Origin: Octopus vulgaris
Taxonomy: Eukaryota
Assembly (NCBI GenBank): GCA_951406725.2
Contig: OX597821.1
Location: 67,022,001-67,086,000 of the forward strand
Direction of reading: 5' to 3'
DNA length: 64,000 bases
Shown here: positions 51,606 to 64,000 of the stretch, piece by piece
How the letters are laid out: each line of letters begins with the position of its first letter
Numbering within the stretch: the stretch's first letter is position 1
Program-made: the position numbers and the translations under genes
The notes under the pieces: model-generated
Databases searched by the model: none
What the model saw: only the letters and a program-made list of their open reading frames with translations
What the model was told of the DNA's origin: nothing

Positions 51606-53047
51606 TTAATAGCATATATGCATATCTTGGCAACTGATTGTCGCCTACTGTGCATAGTTTCTTCTCTTTGTGACAGATCATTATGTCTAATGTATTGTAC
51701 TTAACAGGGACAGTCCACATTTATTCTATCAAATCTGAAGTCATGCATTTCGTATCATTTCTTACAAGTTATTTCTCAGGTTATTCTATTCAAGTGACTT
51801 TATGTTACAGTGTCGTAACCATAATATCATATATCACATTTTGCGGAAGACATATCACGCAAGCTTCTTTTTATTTGAGTGACACCGTCAACATGTATTT
51901 CACAAAGCCAGCAGCGTTTATTGCATCTAGAGGTTTTACCTGTATCTCTATCTCTTTTATGTATCAGGTGTGTAGTAGCTATTGTTTGTTCATGTACTAC
52001 AAAAGTACATTTGTCAAAATGAAAGCTGGCATCTGTGTTGTCAATCCAGAATAGCTTACTCAGTCAAGGATAGATTACAAGGTTGCAATCATTTGAAGCC
52101 TTGTGTCAATATGCTTATGCATGATTTTGCTATGGTGGATGCAACTACTCTTCTGCTGACAAGACGTAATACAGTTTGTGTTAATACCCTAGTTACCTGC
52201 CAAACGACATCATTTAGCGAGTAGGGAATACTTTCTGAGAATCTCCTTTCCAAATCTCATGATGTTATTGTCCTTTGGTATGTAGACTTGATTTACAAAA
52301 GAGCAGTCATATTGGAGTTTAGGAAATGTTGCCGGGTGGGATATGATGCGACATTCTAAGTGTATTTGTACCGATGTTAAGCCATTACCGCTTTGTTTCC
52401 GTTTCAATTATATGCGTCACTACGTAACTGACACCATTTACCATACAATCGAGCAGCCCAACTATTGGTTTGTACACTGGTACGTCAAAAAAATTCCATG
52501 TTAACGATTTATAAAACTTGTCAATTCGTAAGCACTACATTTTCGTTATCTTGGTATTATATTCACTGGTTATATACATCTTATTACAGGTTCCATTATA
52601 GGAAATATTTCATGTATTAAGTATTTGTGGAATCTCTTATCAGATACCTGAGAGACATATTAATTTTTCTGCATGGAATTGTAGTCTTTTCAAGACAGCA
52701 CGAACAAATTTCCTGGCTAAAACCCACTCATTTATGTTTTGAGCATGCCGTAAATAGCTCGAATTTTTTCTCCACGACACCAGTAACCTTTGCATATATT
52801 TTCGGATCAACCACGAGGAAGCAACGTGTTAAGCTGGTGTTTTTATCTTATTCTGGGCCAATGGTTTATCATCCAGCTTTCCTGCGACAAAATGGCATTA
52901 GATTTACTGAAAATACAAAGAGCATCACAGGGAGGTTGTCATTTTGAAATATATCTCGCTGATACTGTATCCTGTGTATATATGTACATGTGTGGGTGGA
53001 TGTCTGTGGGAGTATGTTTCCATGTAAATATGTATAATTCAATAAAA

Positions 53048-53100
<53 letters not shown>

Positions 53101-53220
53101 CATACATACATACATACATACTTATATATACATAAACATATATATACATATATATGTATATATATATATATAGATACATATATAAACATATACATACATA
53201 CACACACGCATATATATATA

Positions 53221-53255
<35 letters not shown>

Positions 53256-53594
53256 GTGTAGGCATGAATATATACGTAAATACAATTACAAATGCATAAA
53301 TAAACACTCATGTTAATGTAAAATGAAATCTCTTCAGATATAGATTTATGTATATATATGTGTGTACATGTGTGTGCATCAGTGTGTGTATGAATAATAA
53401 ACGGATAGATAGATAAATATATATATACATACATATTATCTTATATGCGTGTATATGCATGCGCGGGTGTGTATGTATGTATATGTATATATATATACAT
53501 ATAAATATATGCACACACACACACATATATATATATAAATACATAAATACACATGCGCCCCCGCACGCACACACTATATACATATATATGTGAA

Positions 53595-53700
<106 letters not shown>

Positions 53701-54686
53701 CATATATGTTTGTATGTATACATATACACGTTTGAACATATATATGTGAATATATATATATATAGGTAGATACACACACAGATATACATATGTTTGTAGA
53801 TATACATATATGTGTAGATATGTATATATGTGTATATCTATGTCTATCGGATTCACACGCACACACACACATATTGCAATAAAGCATTTGCTGACATCCT
53901 ATCATGTTTGCATTCGCTGAGAGAATCGGGTTGCCTTTCGTTCGTTTAATACTCATTAAATCGCCATAGCATAAACAAATCGTATCCAGTTGCTTTGCAT
54001 ACAGTTAATGATATCCCATGGGAAAATAAAAGGATTCGTGAATTTGTTATCGACATAATATACCACGCATTGTCTACGTGACTGAAATATTATCAACGTT
54101 CTTGCCCAAAGGTGCTTTATTGATTTTCATTAATTACCAAGTTGTCTCTTCAATAGTCGATACCAGCTAATATTTCCAAAATCCCTACGTATTTTTCTAA
54201 TTTGCATACCGGTTGTTTGATCTAAGCTATGTACGATACAACCATATTCAAATACACGCGTGCACGCAAACACACAAATAACCAATCGCACGCACACAGG
54301 CACACACACAGTCACGCACATATGTAGCTGCGATCTGTGGTTTACATGACTACTTCGAGTTCTATACGCATGCACTAAATAGTAACTGAGACCGTATGCC
54401 TCTCCGTAAAACATGTATGCGCATATAAAGATTTATGATGATATTTATATGATATTTTATGGTCTTTTTTTCTTCACTGTTAGCTCGCAAAATATGTTTT
54501 TTTTCCTCTCGTTTTTATTTAGTTTGTCTCTGTATAATATTAACTTGTATATAACTAAAATGAGTTAATTGTACATTCACGTAGATATTTTTTCCTAATA
54601 ACCATTTCTGATTAATGCTTAAACACACTCGCGCGCGCGCAGACAGACACACACACACACACACTCGTGTATGTATATATATTGAT

Positions 54687-54829
54687 ACAGGAGTGGCTGT
54701 GTGATAAGTAGCTTGTTTACCAACCACATGGTTCCAGGTTCAATCCCACTGCGTGGCACCTTGGGCACGACCAAAGCCTTGTGAGTGGATTTGGTAGACG
54801 GAAACTGAAAGAAGCCCATCGTGTATATG

Positions 54830-54905
<76 letters not shown>

Positions 54906-55136
54906 TGTGTCTGTGTGTATACGTTTGTGTGTCTGCGTTTGTTCCCACAATATCGCTTTACAACAGATGCTGGTGTGTTTACGTCCCCGTCACTTAGCGG
55001 TTCGGAAAAAGAGACCGATAGAATAAGTTCAAGGCTTACAAAAGAATGCCCCGGGGTCCATTTGCTCGACAAACGGCGGTGCTCCAGCATGACCGTCAAA
55101 TGATTGAAACAAGTAAAAGAGTAAAAAGAGTAAAAA
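54687..55136 (+). mobile_element. SINE family A
   Basis: Head, internal (TA)n(GT)n and (GTAAAAGA)n-like tail. Confidence 0.9.
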
Positions 55137-55468
55137 GTGTATATTTATATATATATATATATATAGATAGATAGATAATTAGACAGATAGATAGATATGT
55201 AAATATGTGTGTGTGTGTGTGCGTGTATGTGTGTGTGTGTGTGTGTGTGTGCATGTGTGTGTGTATAAAGTTAGAGGTATTAAGCCCTCTAAGGAATAGA
55301 AGTATCGAGCAGCACTCCTGGTAATTACCTGAGTAAGTATGGTCCTTGCTATAAGGTATACAGCAGCTGGTGATTTTAGTGGTAAACCGTTGTTTAATAT
55401 ATATATATATATAGACGATAAGAATATATACATACATACATACATACATACATACATACATACATACA

Positions 55469-55522
<54 letters not shown>

Positions 55523-55666
55523 GGGAATAAATCCAAACTTACAGGGAAAAATTAGATTTAGGATTAAATCCAATTTTATAGTATAAATATATTGTATTAT
55601 ATTATATTAAATTAGAGATAAAACCACTACTAGGCAAATCAAACAGTGAAAAACATAAGCCAATAC

Positions 55667-55740
<74 letters not shown>

Positions 55741-56244
55741 CATACACGCACACACATATATATATAACATCTATATCAATATTCATTTATGTATGTATAG
55801 TTTGCATGAAGACTTTTCTGATATTTATATGTAAATATTTTGATTATATTTGTCTATCACAATGCATGTGATAAACAAATGAATACAGGTCAATATTTTA
55901 AGTTTAAAAACTTTCTTCGGGCAATTTACTGAGAAAACTTCTGCCTTCATCTATGGAAAAGTACAAATTCATAAAAATCTACAAACAAAAGGGATCTCAT
56001 GTAGTTATGTACCAAACCATACTTGAAATACATTGTGCAGTGCTCAAAAGACTCACACGGTTGCCATTTCATTTTGCACACTAGGCTGTGTCATTTTCTC
56101 ACCGACTTTCGGACAAGGAGCTGTAACCAGACCTAACGAAATCACTGATAGCCATTGATTTCTTCTTGGACTACGAATTGAAAACGATACATGTTATTTC
56201 TTTGAGACTTATACTATATTCTTCTCAAAATATACATTGACGTT

Positions 56245-56725
56245 AAGGCAACGAGCTGGCAAAAACGTTATCACGCCGGGCGAGTTCAAATTCCGCCGAA
56301 CTCGACTTTTCCTTTCATCATTTCCGGGTCGATAAATTAAGTACCAGTTGCATACTGAGGACGATGTAATTAAATGGCTTCCTCCCCCCAAATTTCGGGC
56401 CTTGTGCTTAGAGTAGAAAAGAATATACATTGACATTAGGGTGTCGAGCTGGCAGAACCGTTAGCACCCCGGGCGACATGCGTAGCCGTATTTCGTCTGC
56501 CGTTACGTTATGAGTTCAAATTCCGCCGAGGTCGACTTTACCTTTCATACTTTGGGGGTCGTTAAATTAAACACCAGTTACGCACTGGGGTCGATGTAAT
56601 CGACTTAATCCGTTTGTCTGTCCTTGTTTGTCTCCTCTATGTTTAGCCCCTTGGGGGTAATAAAGAAACATATAAATTAAGTTACGCACTGGGGACGATC
56701 TAATTGACTGGCCACTTCCCACAAA
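56245..56725 (+). mobile_element. Two tandem SINE family F copies
   Basis: Units at 56245-56421 and 56438-56725. AATATACATTGAC is duplicated at 56229-56241 and 56422-56434 (TSD-like). Confidence 0.88.
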
Positions 56726-56764
56726 ATGTATGTATATATATATATATATATGTATGTACACATA

Positions 56765-57318
56765 TGTCAGGTCACTTTTGAGTGTACCGGTAACATGTAA
56801 CCCAGTATAACCTGTTGCATGGTCGGGTCGTCGGCGACTAAACCGGCAACCCCACCAATCTTGCTTGGTGAGAAGGGTGTTTATTGGACACCCTGCGGGA
56901 TGAAAGACAAAACCCGTCAAAGGGCGGAGGAACTCTTGAGAGTCAACGGCCATCCAATAAAAGTCTTAAGGCTGTATCATGCGCGGGGACATAGAAATAA
57001 TCGGACTGAATATCCGATAGCGCGGTTAAACCATTGGGAGTGAAGGACTCCTAGCCTTTGTTAGAGCATCCTTCTAGGAGAAGGTAACTCAGGTAACTGG
57101 GATAACTCCGACATAAAACCTGCGGCTCAGTGGTTACCGATGATGTTGAATTGTTCTTCTTTTCGGATTATGGCTGCTGTTGCTTAGTGAGTGGGATTGA
57201 CTCAGTGCACAGCCTTTCCTCACTTTTAAAAAAATCTTCTTGCACAGGCATTGCACGATAACAACATCGATTAAGCTTCGTGCAATGGCCATACTCGATA
57301 ACGAGGGGTAGCCACCAT
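56765..57318 (+). mobile_element. Structured non-coding interspersed element, RTE 5'-UTR-like
   Basis: GC-richer island between microsatellites. TCTAGGAGAAGGTAACTC resembles a motif I recall from RTE-clade 5' UTRs. Several hairpins. Confidence 0.45.
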
Positions 57319-58223
57319 GTATACATATATCTATACATGCCTATTATCACATATACATGCACACGTACGCCTACACACATACACACATATATGTATAGTT
57401 GTGTGTTGATAGAATCGTCCAAGTGTCATTCATCTGCGTTTTTTTTATCCATGGAACGTATAGTAATAAAAGTATATCAGAAATCTTGCGTAATACTGAT
57501 GCCCAATGACTATCCCACCTTGTGAATTGTGAATGCACCTCTATATACGTGAACTTTCGGATACAGTAAGTAAAGATATAAGTGCATATTTAACGAATGT
57601 TGAATCATATAATCTTAATACATGTTAATATTCATGTATTGTAGTGCGTGCAAATCTTAGCGTCGCACATTCACACAGGGATCCCTTAGTGCAAGATCTG
57701 TCCGGGCAAAAGAAACTGTTCTTGCTCCATAAACATGAGTACATAGCACTTCCATTTTATATTGAATTCAACTAAATAAAGTGAGAGAATGGAGACTAAA
57801 CCAATTGTTATGCATTCTAAATACCAGCATCGAATCATGTTTAATCTTGAAACATAATATGTGAGCCAGGGCATGCAGAACGTTACAACATATCGTTGGC
57901 GATTTTATCACTTATGATATTATTCCCATGATCATTTTATGCTTAATGAGAAAAGCGCCAACCATATTTCACAATTATCATTATATTCCAATAATGGGGA
58001 AAGGAATGTCATTAAATATTGACGGAATTAAGCATAACGTAACGATTTAAAAAGATAGCTTTAATGGAAATGGAAGAAATGTTTTGTATTCAGGTTTCAA
58101 GTTGCATCATGTGGGTGCACTTGGATGCATCATTAATGCTATTCTTGATGTAGCATGTTATTTCAGTATAAGTATATAGATATATACACTCATAAATACA
58201 TTTATACTTGTAAATAATATATA

Positions 58224-58258
<35 letters not shown>

Positions 58259-58261
<3 letters not shown>

Positions 58262-58663
58262 CGCAGGAGTGGCTGTGTGGTAAGTAGCTTGCTAACCAAC
58301 CACATGGTTCCGGGTTCAGTCCCACTGCGTGACATCTTGGGCAAGTGTCTTCTGCTATAGCCCCGGGCCGACCAATGCCTTGTGAGTGGATTTGGTAGAC
58401 GGAAACTGAAAGAAGCCTGTCGTATATATGTATATATGTATGTATATGTGTGTATGCCTGTGTTTGTCCCCCTAGCGTTGCTTGACAACCGATGCTGGTG
58501 TATTTACGTACCCGTCACTTAGCGGTTCGGCAAAAGAGACCGATAGAATAAGTACTGGGCTTACAAAGAATAAGTCCCGGGGTCGATTTGCTCGACTAAA
58601 GGCGGTGCTCCAGCATGGCCGCAGTCAAATGACTGAAACAAGTGAAAGAGTAAAAAAAAAGAG
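58259..58663 (+). mobile_element. Full-length SINE family A
   Basis: Complete head-to-tail copy inside (TA)n. Confidence 0.93.
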
Positions 58664-58762
58664 TATATATATATATATATATATGCATATATATATACAT
58701 ACCCTTACATTTCTCTCTCTCTTTCTCTCTATCTCTCTCTCTATATATATATATATATATAC

Positions 58763-60062
58763 ACATGGTGTGATGGGTGAATTGCCACCTTTCTATATTT
58801 TAAATTTCGCACCCGCACATCGTCTGTTTTTGATTTTGTTGACTACATTGTATAGTGGAGGCCATTGGGCACCATCTGTGAAAAATCAGCACCGTGACGC
58901 ATTTCATTCTGCCAGAAATTTGGAAACATCTTTTATTGCTTGGAATTCGCAAGGGAAGGTCCAATACAATCATTTTAGAGTTTTTGAGTGTGAATGTGAG
59001 GACAGTGCAGAGGATTCGAAAAGAGTTGGATGAGTCTAATGGTAATTACGAAGGTACAGCAGCTCGGAAAGTTCACTCTGATCATTCTGATAAGAAAAGA
59101 ACTCCTGAATTTGTTGGTGCGATCCAGGCCATGATTGACAATGATCCCGCCAAGTTAATCAGGTCCATAGCCAGGAACATGGGAGAGTTTGACTTTCTTG
59201 TCAGGCAGGTAGAGCATGAAGACAATTGGTATTCCTAATACAAAATTAGAAAAGGCCAACTTTTATCTCAAGCTATCAATGAGAAGAAGAAAGACTGCGC
59301 TCCGAAGCTTTTGAAGAAACTCAAACATCCCCACCAACTGAATATATTTTGGTTTTTCTCAAGGCGAAAAATCTTCTTTCAGGATAAAATGGTGAACACA
59401 CAGAACAACCGTTGGCTTGCCGTGTCCCCAAAACATGTACCGAGAGTGATAAAAATCAGACATCCAGTCAATATCATGGTGTTTTGAGTGATCACTACTG
59501 ATACTGGGGTTATGCTTCCTTCGTCTTCCCACTCGGCCTCAGACTCATTACAAAACCCTACATCAAGTGCCTGGATGAGGTAGTGCTTCGCTGGATCAAG
59601 ACGGTGGCTACTGAAAAAACCCTATGTCTGGCATCAGGACTTTGCACCATGCCACACAAGCGGGAGAACCCAGTCATAGCTGTCAGAAAATTTCTGCGAC
59701 CACATCACCTCTAACATCTGTCCACGTATTTTCCCACACTGCAACCCCCTTGATTACTATGTGTGGGGTGTAGTTATGTGAGAGACGAAGAAAACTCCTT
59801 GTAACACCAAGATGAACTGAAGGTAAAGATTGTGGCAGCACTCACCAAATTAAACAAGAAGACCGTGCAGAGGAGTTGCAGGATATTCCAAAGTCGTCAG
59901 GAGTCCGTGGTTGAAACCAATGGCGATTTCTATGAATATATTTACTCTATAGTATTTCAAGGTATTTTTATGTAATTTTGGTAAGTATATCTGTTAATAT
60001 GAAATGTCAGTGTTCTCTTCATTTTTGCGTACTTTAGAGGACAATTAATTCACTGTACCCTG
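58763..60062 (+). mobile_element. Near full-length decayed maT (DD37D-like) Tc1/mariner transposon
   Basis: ORF remnant from about 58894: ...VRTVQRIRK...NTQNNRWLA...HPVNIMVF...YVWHQDFAPCHTS...CNPLDYYVWG with stops and frameshifts. Diverged TIRs ending ACCCTG-TA. Confidence 0.88.
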
Positions 60063-60079
60063 TATATATATATATATAT

Positions 60080-60119
<40 letters not shown>

Positions 60120-60188
60120 AGTTAGATAGATGGATAGATAGATAGATAGATTGACGGATGGATATATATATATAGATAGGTACATATA

Positions 60189-61396
60189 CAGGGGTTGAAC
60201 AAAATAATGGAAACACCTTGCATCATAGCATCATAATTTTGAGATATCTATAAATCGTCAAAAGCTTATTTATTTTTTGTTTTTTTATTTATTATTAGTG
60301 TTGCTTAATATTCTTTGCTAAAATTGATATCATCAGAAAAAAGGTAATTGAAATTAATTAAAATGACAGATCTATCGGACTTTCAAAGAGGTCACATTGT
60401 TGGTGCGTAACGAAAACAGCCGAAATGTTTTGTGTATCAAGAAGTACTGTCTCGAAGGTAATGACAGCTGATGAGAAAGAGGGAAAAACCTCTCCTCCCC
60501 TTCGAAACAAAACACCTGAAGGAAACCAAAACTTTCAGATACGGACCGTCGGATTCTTACGCGTATTATCAGAAAGGATCACAAAGTACAGCTCCCAAAA
60601 TTACTGCAGAGCTTAAGGACCACCTCGAGAAGCAAATTTCCACACAAAGTGTTCGCCGGGAGCTTCACAAACCCGGATTTAACAGGATGACTGCAATCAG
60701 AGAACCATTACTTTCAAAAACAAACGTTGCAAAGCGTTTAGTGTGGAGTAAAAACCTACAGAATTGGTCCCTAGAACAGTGAAAGAATATTATTTTCTCG
60801 GGCGAGTCATCCTTTACCTTATTTCCGACCGCCGGTCGAGTACACGAATGGAGACAGCCAAAAGAAGCATTTGAGCCAGACTACCTTCTTCCAACTGTTA
60901 AACATGGATTAGGATCTGTGATGATTGGGGGTGGGGCTATGTCTTAGAAATCCGCCGGCCCAATGGTTTCCCTTCATGTCAGAATTAATAGTCAAGACTA
61001 TTTTATTTGATCAAATTCAACCTATAGTTGAAGAAATGTTTCCGGAGGGAAACGCAATCTTTCAGGATGATAAAGCACCAATTTACACATCCAAAGTTGT
61101 TACTGAATGGCACGAGAAACATTGTAGTTGATCTGGCCACCACAGTCCCCAGTTCTCAATATTATTGAACATTTATGGTGCATTTTAGAAAAACAAGAAA
61201 GGAGTTGATATCCTTCACCAACATCACTACAAAAGCTGGAGATTGGTCAAAAATTCCTTTGGACACAATTTAAACTTTGTGCGAGTCCATACCTCGTAGA
61301 ATTCAAGCTGTAATTACTGACAAAGGCGGTCCTACGTCATATTAAAATTAATTTATTTGAAATTTAAAGGTGTTTCCATTATTTAGTTCAACCCCT
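60189..61396 (+). mobile_element. Near full-length decayed Tc1 (DD34E) transposon with about 29-bp TIRs
   Basis: TIRs CAGGGGTTGAACAAAATAATGGAAACACCT (60189-60218) and AGGTGTTTCCATTATTTAGTTCAACCCCT (61368-61396). MTDLSDFQRGHIVGA...IIFSGESSF...TVKHG.GSVMI...FQDDK...WPPQSPVLNIIEHLW. Confidence 0.93.
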
Positions 61397-61613
61397 CTTT
61401 TACTCTTTACTCTTTTACTTGTTTCAGTAATTTGGCAGTGGCGATGCTGGAGCACCGCCTTCAGTCGAGCAATCGACCACAGGACTTATTCTTTGAAAGC
61501 CTAGTACTTATTCTAGCGGTCTCTGTTGCCGAACCGCTAAGTTACGGGGACGTAAACGCACCGCCATCGGTTGTCAAGCGATGTTGGGAGGATAAATACA
61601 GTCACACACACAC

Positions 61614-61615
<2 letters not shown>
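61397..61615 (-). mobile_element. 3' half of SINE family A
   Basis: TTACTTGTTTCAGT...ATGCTGGAGCACCGCC...GTTGTCAAGCGATG; abuts the Tc1 right TIR. Confidence 0.9.
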
Positions 61616-61651
<36 letters not shown>

Positions 61652-61662
61652 TATATAGAAGG

Positions 61663-61713
61663 AGCTTCTACAGGACTAGTACTGTTTCATTCAAGAGAAA
61701 TCTTCAGGAAGCT
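61663..61713 (-). ncRNA. Type I hammerhead ribozyme motif
   Basis: agcttc-CTGAAGA-t-ttc-tctt-gaa-t-GAAAC-ag-tactagtc-ct-GTA-gaagct. Perfect 6-bp stem I and 4-bp stem III. Confidence 0.78.
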
Positions 61714-62074
61714 ATTTAACAAGAATTGTATTAGCATTTATACATTTAGGCAGGTTTAAAGGAGTGGTGGTGGGGGACTTTTTTGGGGGTAGGCATAGCG
61801 CAAAATATCATACTTGGGGAGTGGTCAAGGAGTCAGTGGTAAGTTAGATGAAAGAATAGATAAATAAAAAAATAAGAAAATAAAAACATAATAAAATATA
61901 AAAAATAAAAAATAAAAAATAAAAAATAAAAAAATAATAAAAAAATAAAAAAATAAAAAAATAAAAAATATAAAAAATATATATAAAAAAATATATATAT
62001 AAAATATATATATACAAAAATATATATATAAAAAAAGGGGGGATAGAGTTATAGGTAAATAAGGAGATTCTCAC

Positions 62075-62558
62075 TTATACCTATACACACATGTATACGT
62101 ATCTACACACACATACATACATACACATATATATATACACACACATATACATATATACATATACATACATACATATACATACCTACACATACACACATAC
62201 ATACATACAAATATACATATACATATATATATATACAATCCAATACGGGCCCATTCCCTAATTTTAATTTTATTATCTTCATTTATTACTTTTGTTATCT
62301 TTGATCGCTAGGGGTAAGAATCCTGGCAATGGCTGCAGTCCATTTGTCTGTCTACTAGAAGGCAAGTACTCATTCCCGCACGCACACTCATTAGCACGTA
62401 CATTCACCCATTCGTACACTCATACACATACACGTACGCACGCGTTATATTCATACATACAAACATCTACATACGTTCACGTATATACACATACGTACTC
62501 GTACCTACAGATTCGTGTCTACACTTTAGGAGGCTAGACTATACATATACACCAATAA

Positions 62559-62590
<32 letters not shown>

Positions 62591-62641
62591 CCGCATATAC
62601 ATACACACACACACATATATACTCCTACATACAGATACATA

Positions 62642-62676
<35 letters not shown>

Positions 62677-62682
62677 TCATAC

Positions 62683-62713
<31 letters not shown>

Positions 62714-62900
62714 CATACACATACACACATACATATACACACACATACATACACATATATATACATACACAAACATATATACACACATATATATATACAT
62801 ACACACATACACACATACATACGTATACATACATACATACATCCATACATCCATACTTACATGCATTTATACGCATACACACACCCATCTATATATATGC

Positions 62901-62932
<32 letters not shown>

Positions 62933-63212
62933 TCACACATACATATACAAATCCACGCACACACATACATACATACACGTATACGCATACACGCACATAC
63001 ACATATACATGCGTACCCATACACGTGCACACACGCACGCGCATCCATATATATACACACACACACATATATATACACGTGTGCAAGCATACATACATAC
63101 TCATACGCGCACACATACTTACAAATACATATATGCACACACTTACACACATATATATACATACACATATACATGCATACATACACATATGCATACATAC
63201 ACACACGCACTC

Positions 63213-63247
<35 letters not shown>

Positions 63248-63324
63248 TATATATATACATATATATATACATACATAGATACACATACACATACATACAC
63301 ATACACATACATACACACATATAT

Positions 63325-63377
<53 letters not shown>

Positions 63378-63710
63378 TACATATATACACACATACATAC
63401 ATATACATACACACACGCATACATATATACATATACACTGATACACATACCCATACATACACATGCATATACTTATATCACTACATACTCACCCCCTACA
63501 ACCCCCCCCAACCCCACTGTTCCCCTAGCACCCCCGATTACCTTTTCTCCTAAGACCTTTCACATATTATATGTGCACGCTTGTATATGTGTATCGTATG
63601 TATGTATGTATATTTGTATAGAAATGCATGGGTACAGTAGGAATATACGCATGTATTATGTGTGTGTGTGTGCATGTATGCATGTAAAAAAATATATATG
63701 TATATATATT

Positions 63711-63750
<40 letters not shown>
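62075..63750. repeat. Long compound (TA)/(CA)/(TACA) low-complexity field (one of many: e.g. 3360-3740, 4125-4700, 40260-41150, 41585-41920, 49860-50900, 53050-53870)
   Basis: Directly visible; source of the YI/HT/CV ORFs. Confidence 0.95.
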
Positions 63751-63753
<3 letters not shown>

Positions 63754-64000
63754 ATTATTACATTACTTCGCCGCATACTGAACTCATTAGAAATAGCAGC
63801 TAAAAAACTTTTTTAAAGCTATTTCTAATACTTAAAGAAAATCTCTCTCATATATAGCGTTTGCTTAATTTAACTCACAAAAGTTTGGGGGTAAGGACAT
63901 TAAAAAATCAAATGCTAAGGTTATTTGAGTACGTACGTTTCAAGATTAGTCAAAACAAACATTTCTCTCTTCAGCTCATAAATTCCTTGGTTTGGATTTG

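Noticed and set aside
51640-52980. Non-repetitive region with several 65-125 aa ORFs, possibly a decayed DNA transposon
   Set aside because: No motif I can match confidently as gene or transposase.
53868-53930. YCNKAF resembling a C2H2 zinc finger
   Set aside because: First Cys and both His positions are missing.

Overview
AT-rich, microsatellite-saturated eukaryotic DNA, intergenic or intronic. The repeat complement strongly suggests a cephalopod (Octopus); this is recognition of the SINE families from memory, not a search result. No intact protein-coding gene is supported. Nearly all ORFs in the track are translations of (TA)n/(CA)n/(TACA)n/triplet repeats, and the few with real coding character are decayed transposons: two Penelope-like retroelements (PLEs; Neptune-type 21480-23380, Naiad-type 12490-13580), mariner, Tc1, Tc3-like and two maT/DD37D-like DNA transposons, plus 3' ends of a CR1/L2-like and an RTE-like LINE. 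There are more than 25 copies of several modular tRNA-derived SINE families and a head-to-tail Helitron-like pair. The most notable feature not visible in the ORF track is a set of type I hammerhead-ribozyme folds (stem I-CUGANGA-stem II-GAAA-stem III-NUH-stem I') in short non-coding PLE-terminal-repeat-like elements. There are about 6 convincing folds and several degenerate ones, some in inverted pairs. Also notable: the dominant SINE shares its 3' tail with the LINE 3' end at 43006-43043, and a 318-bp local duplication carries a tRNA-Ala 3' half next to a SINE head.
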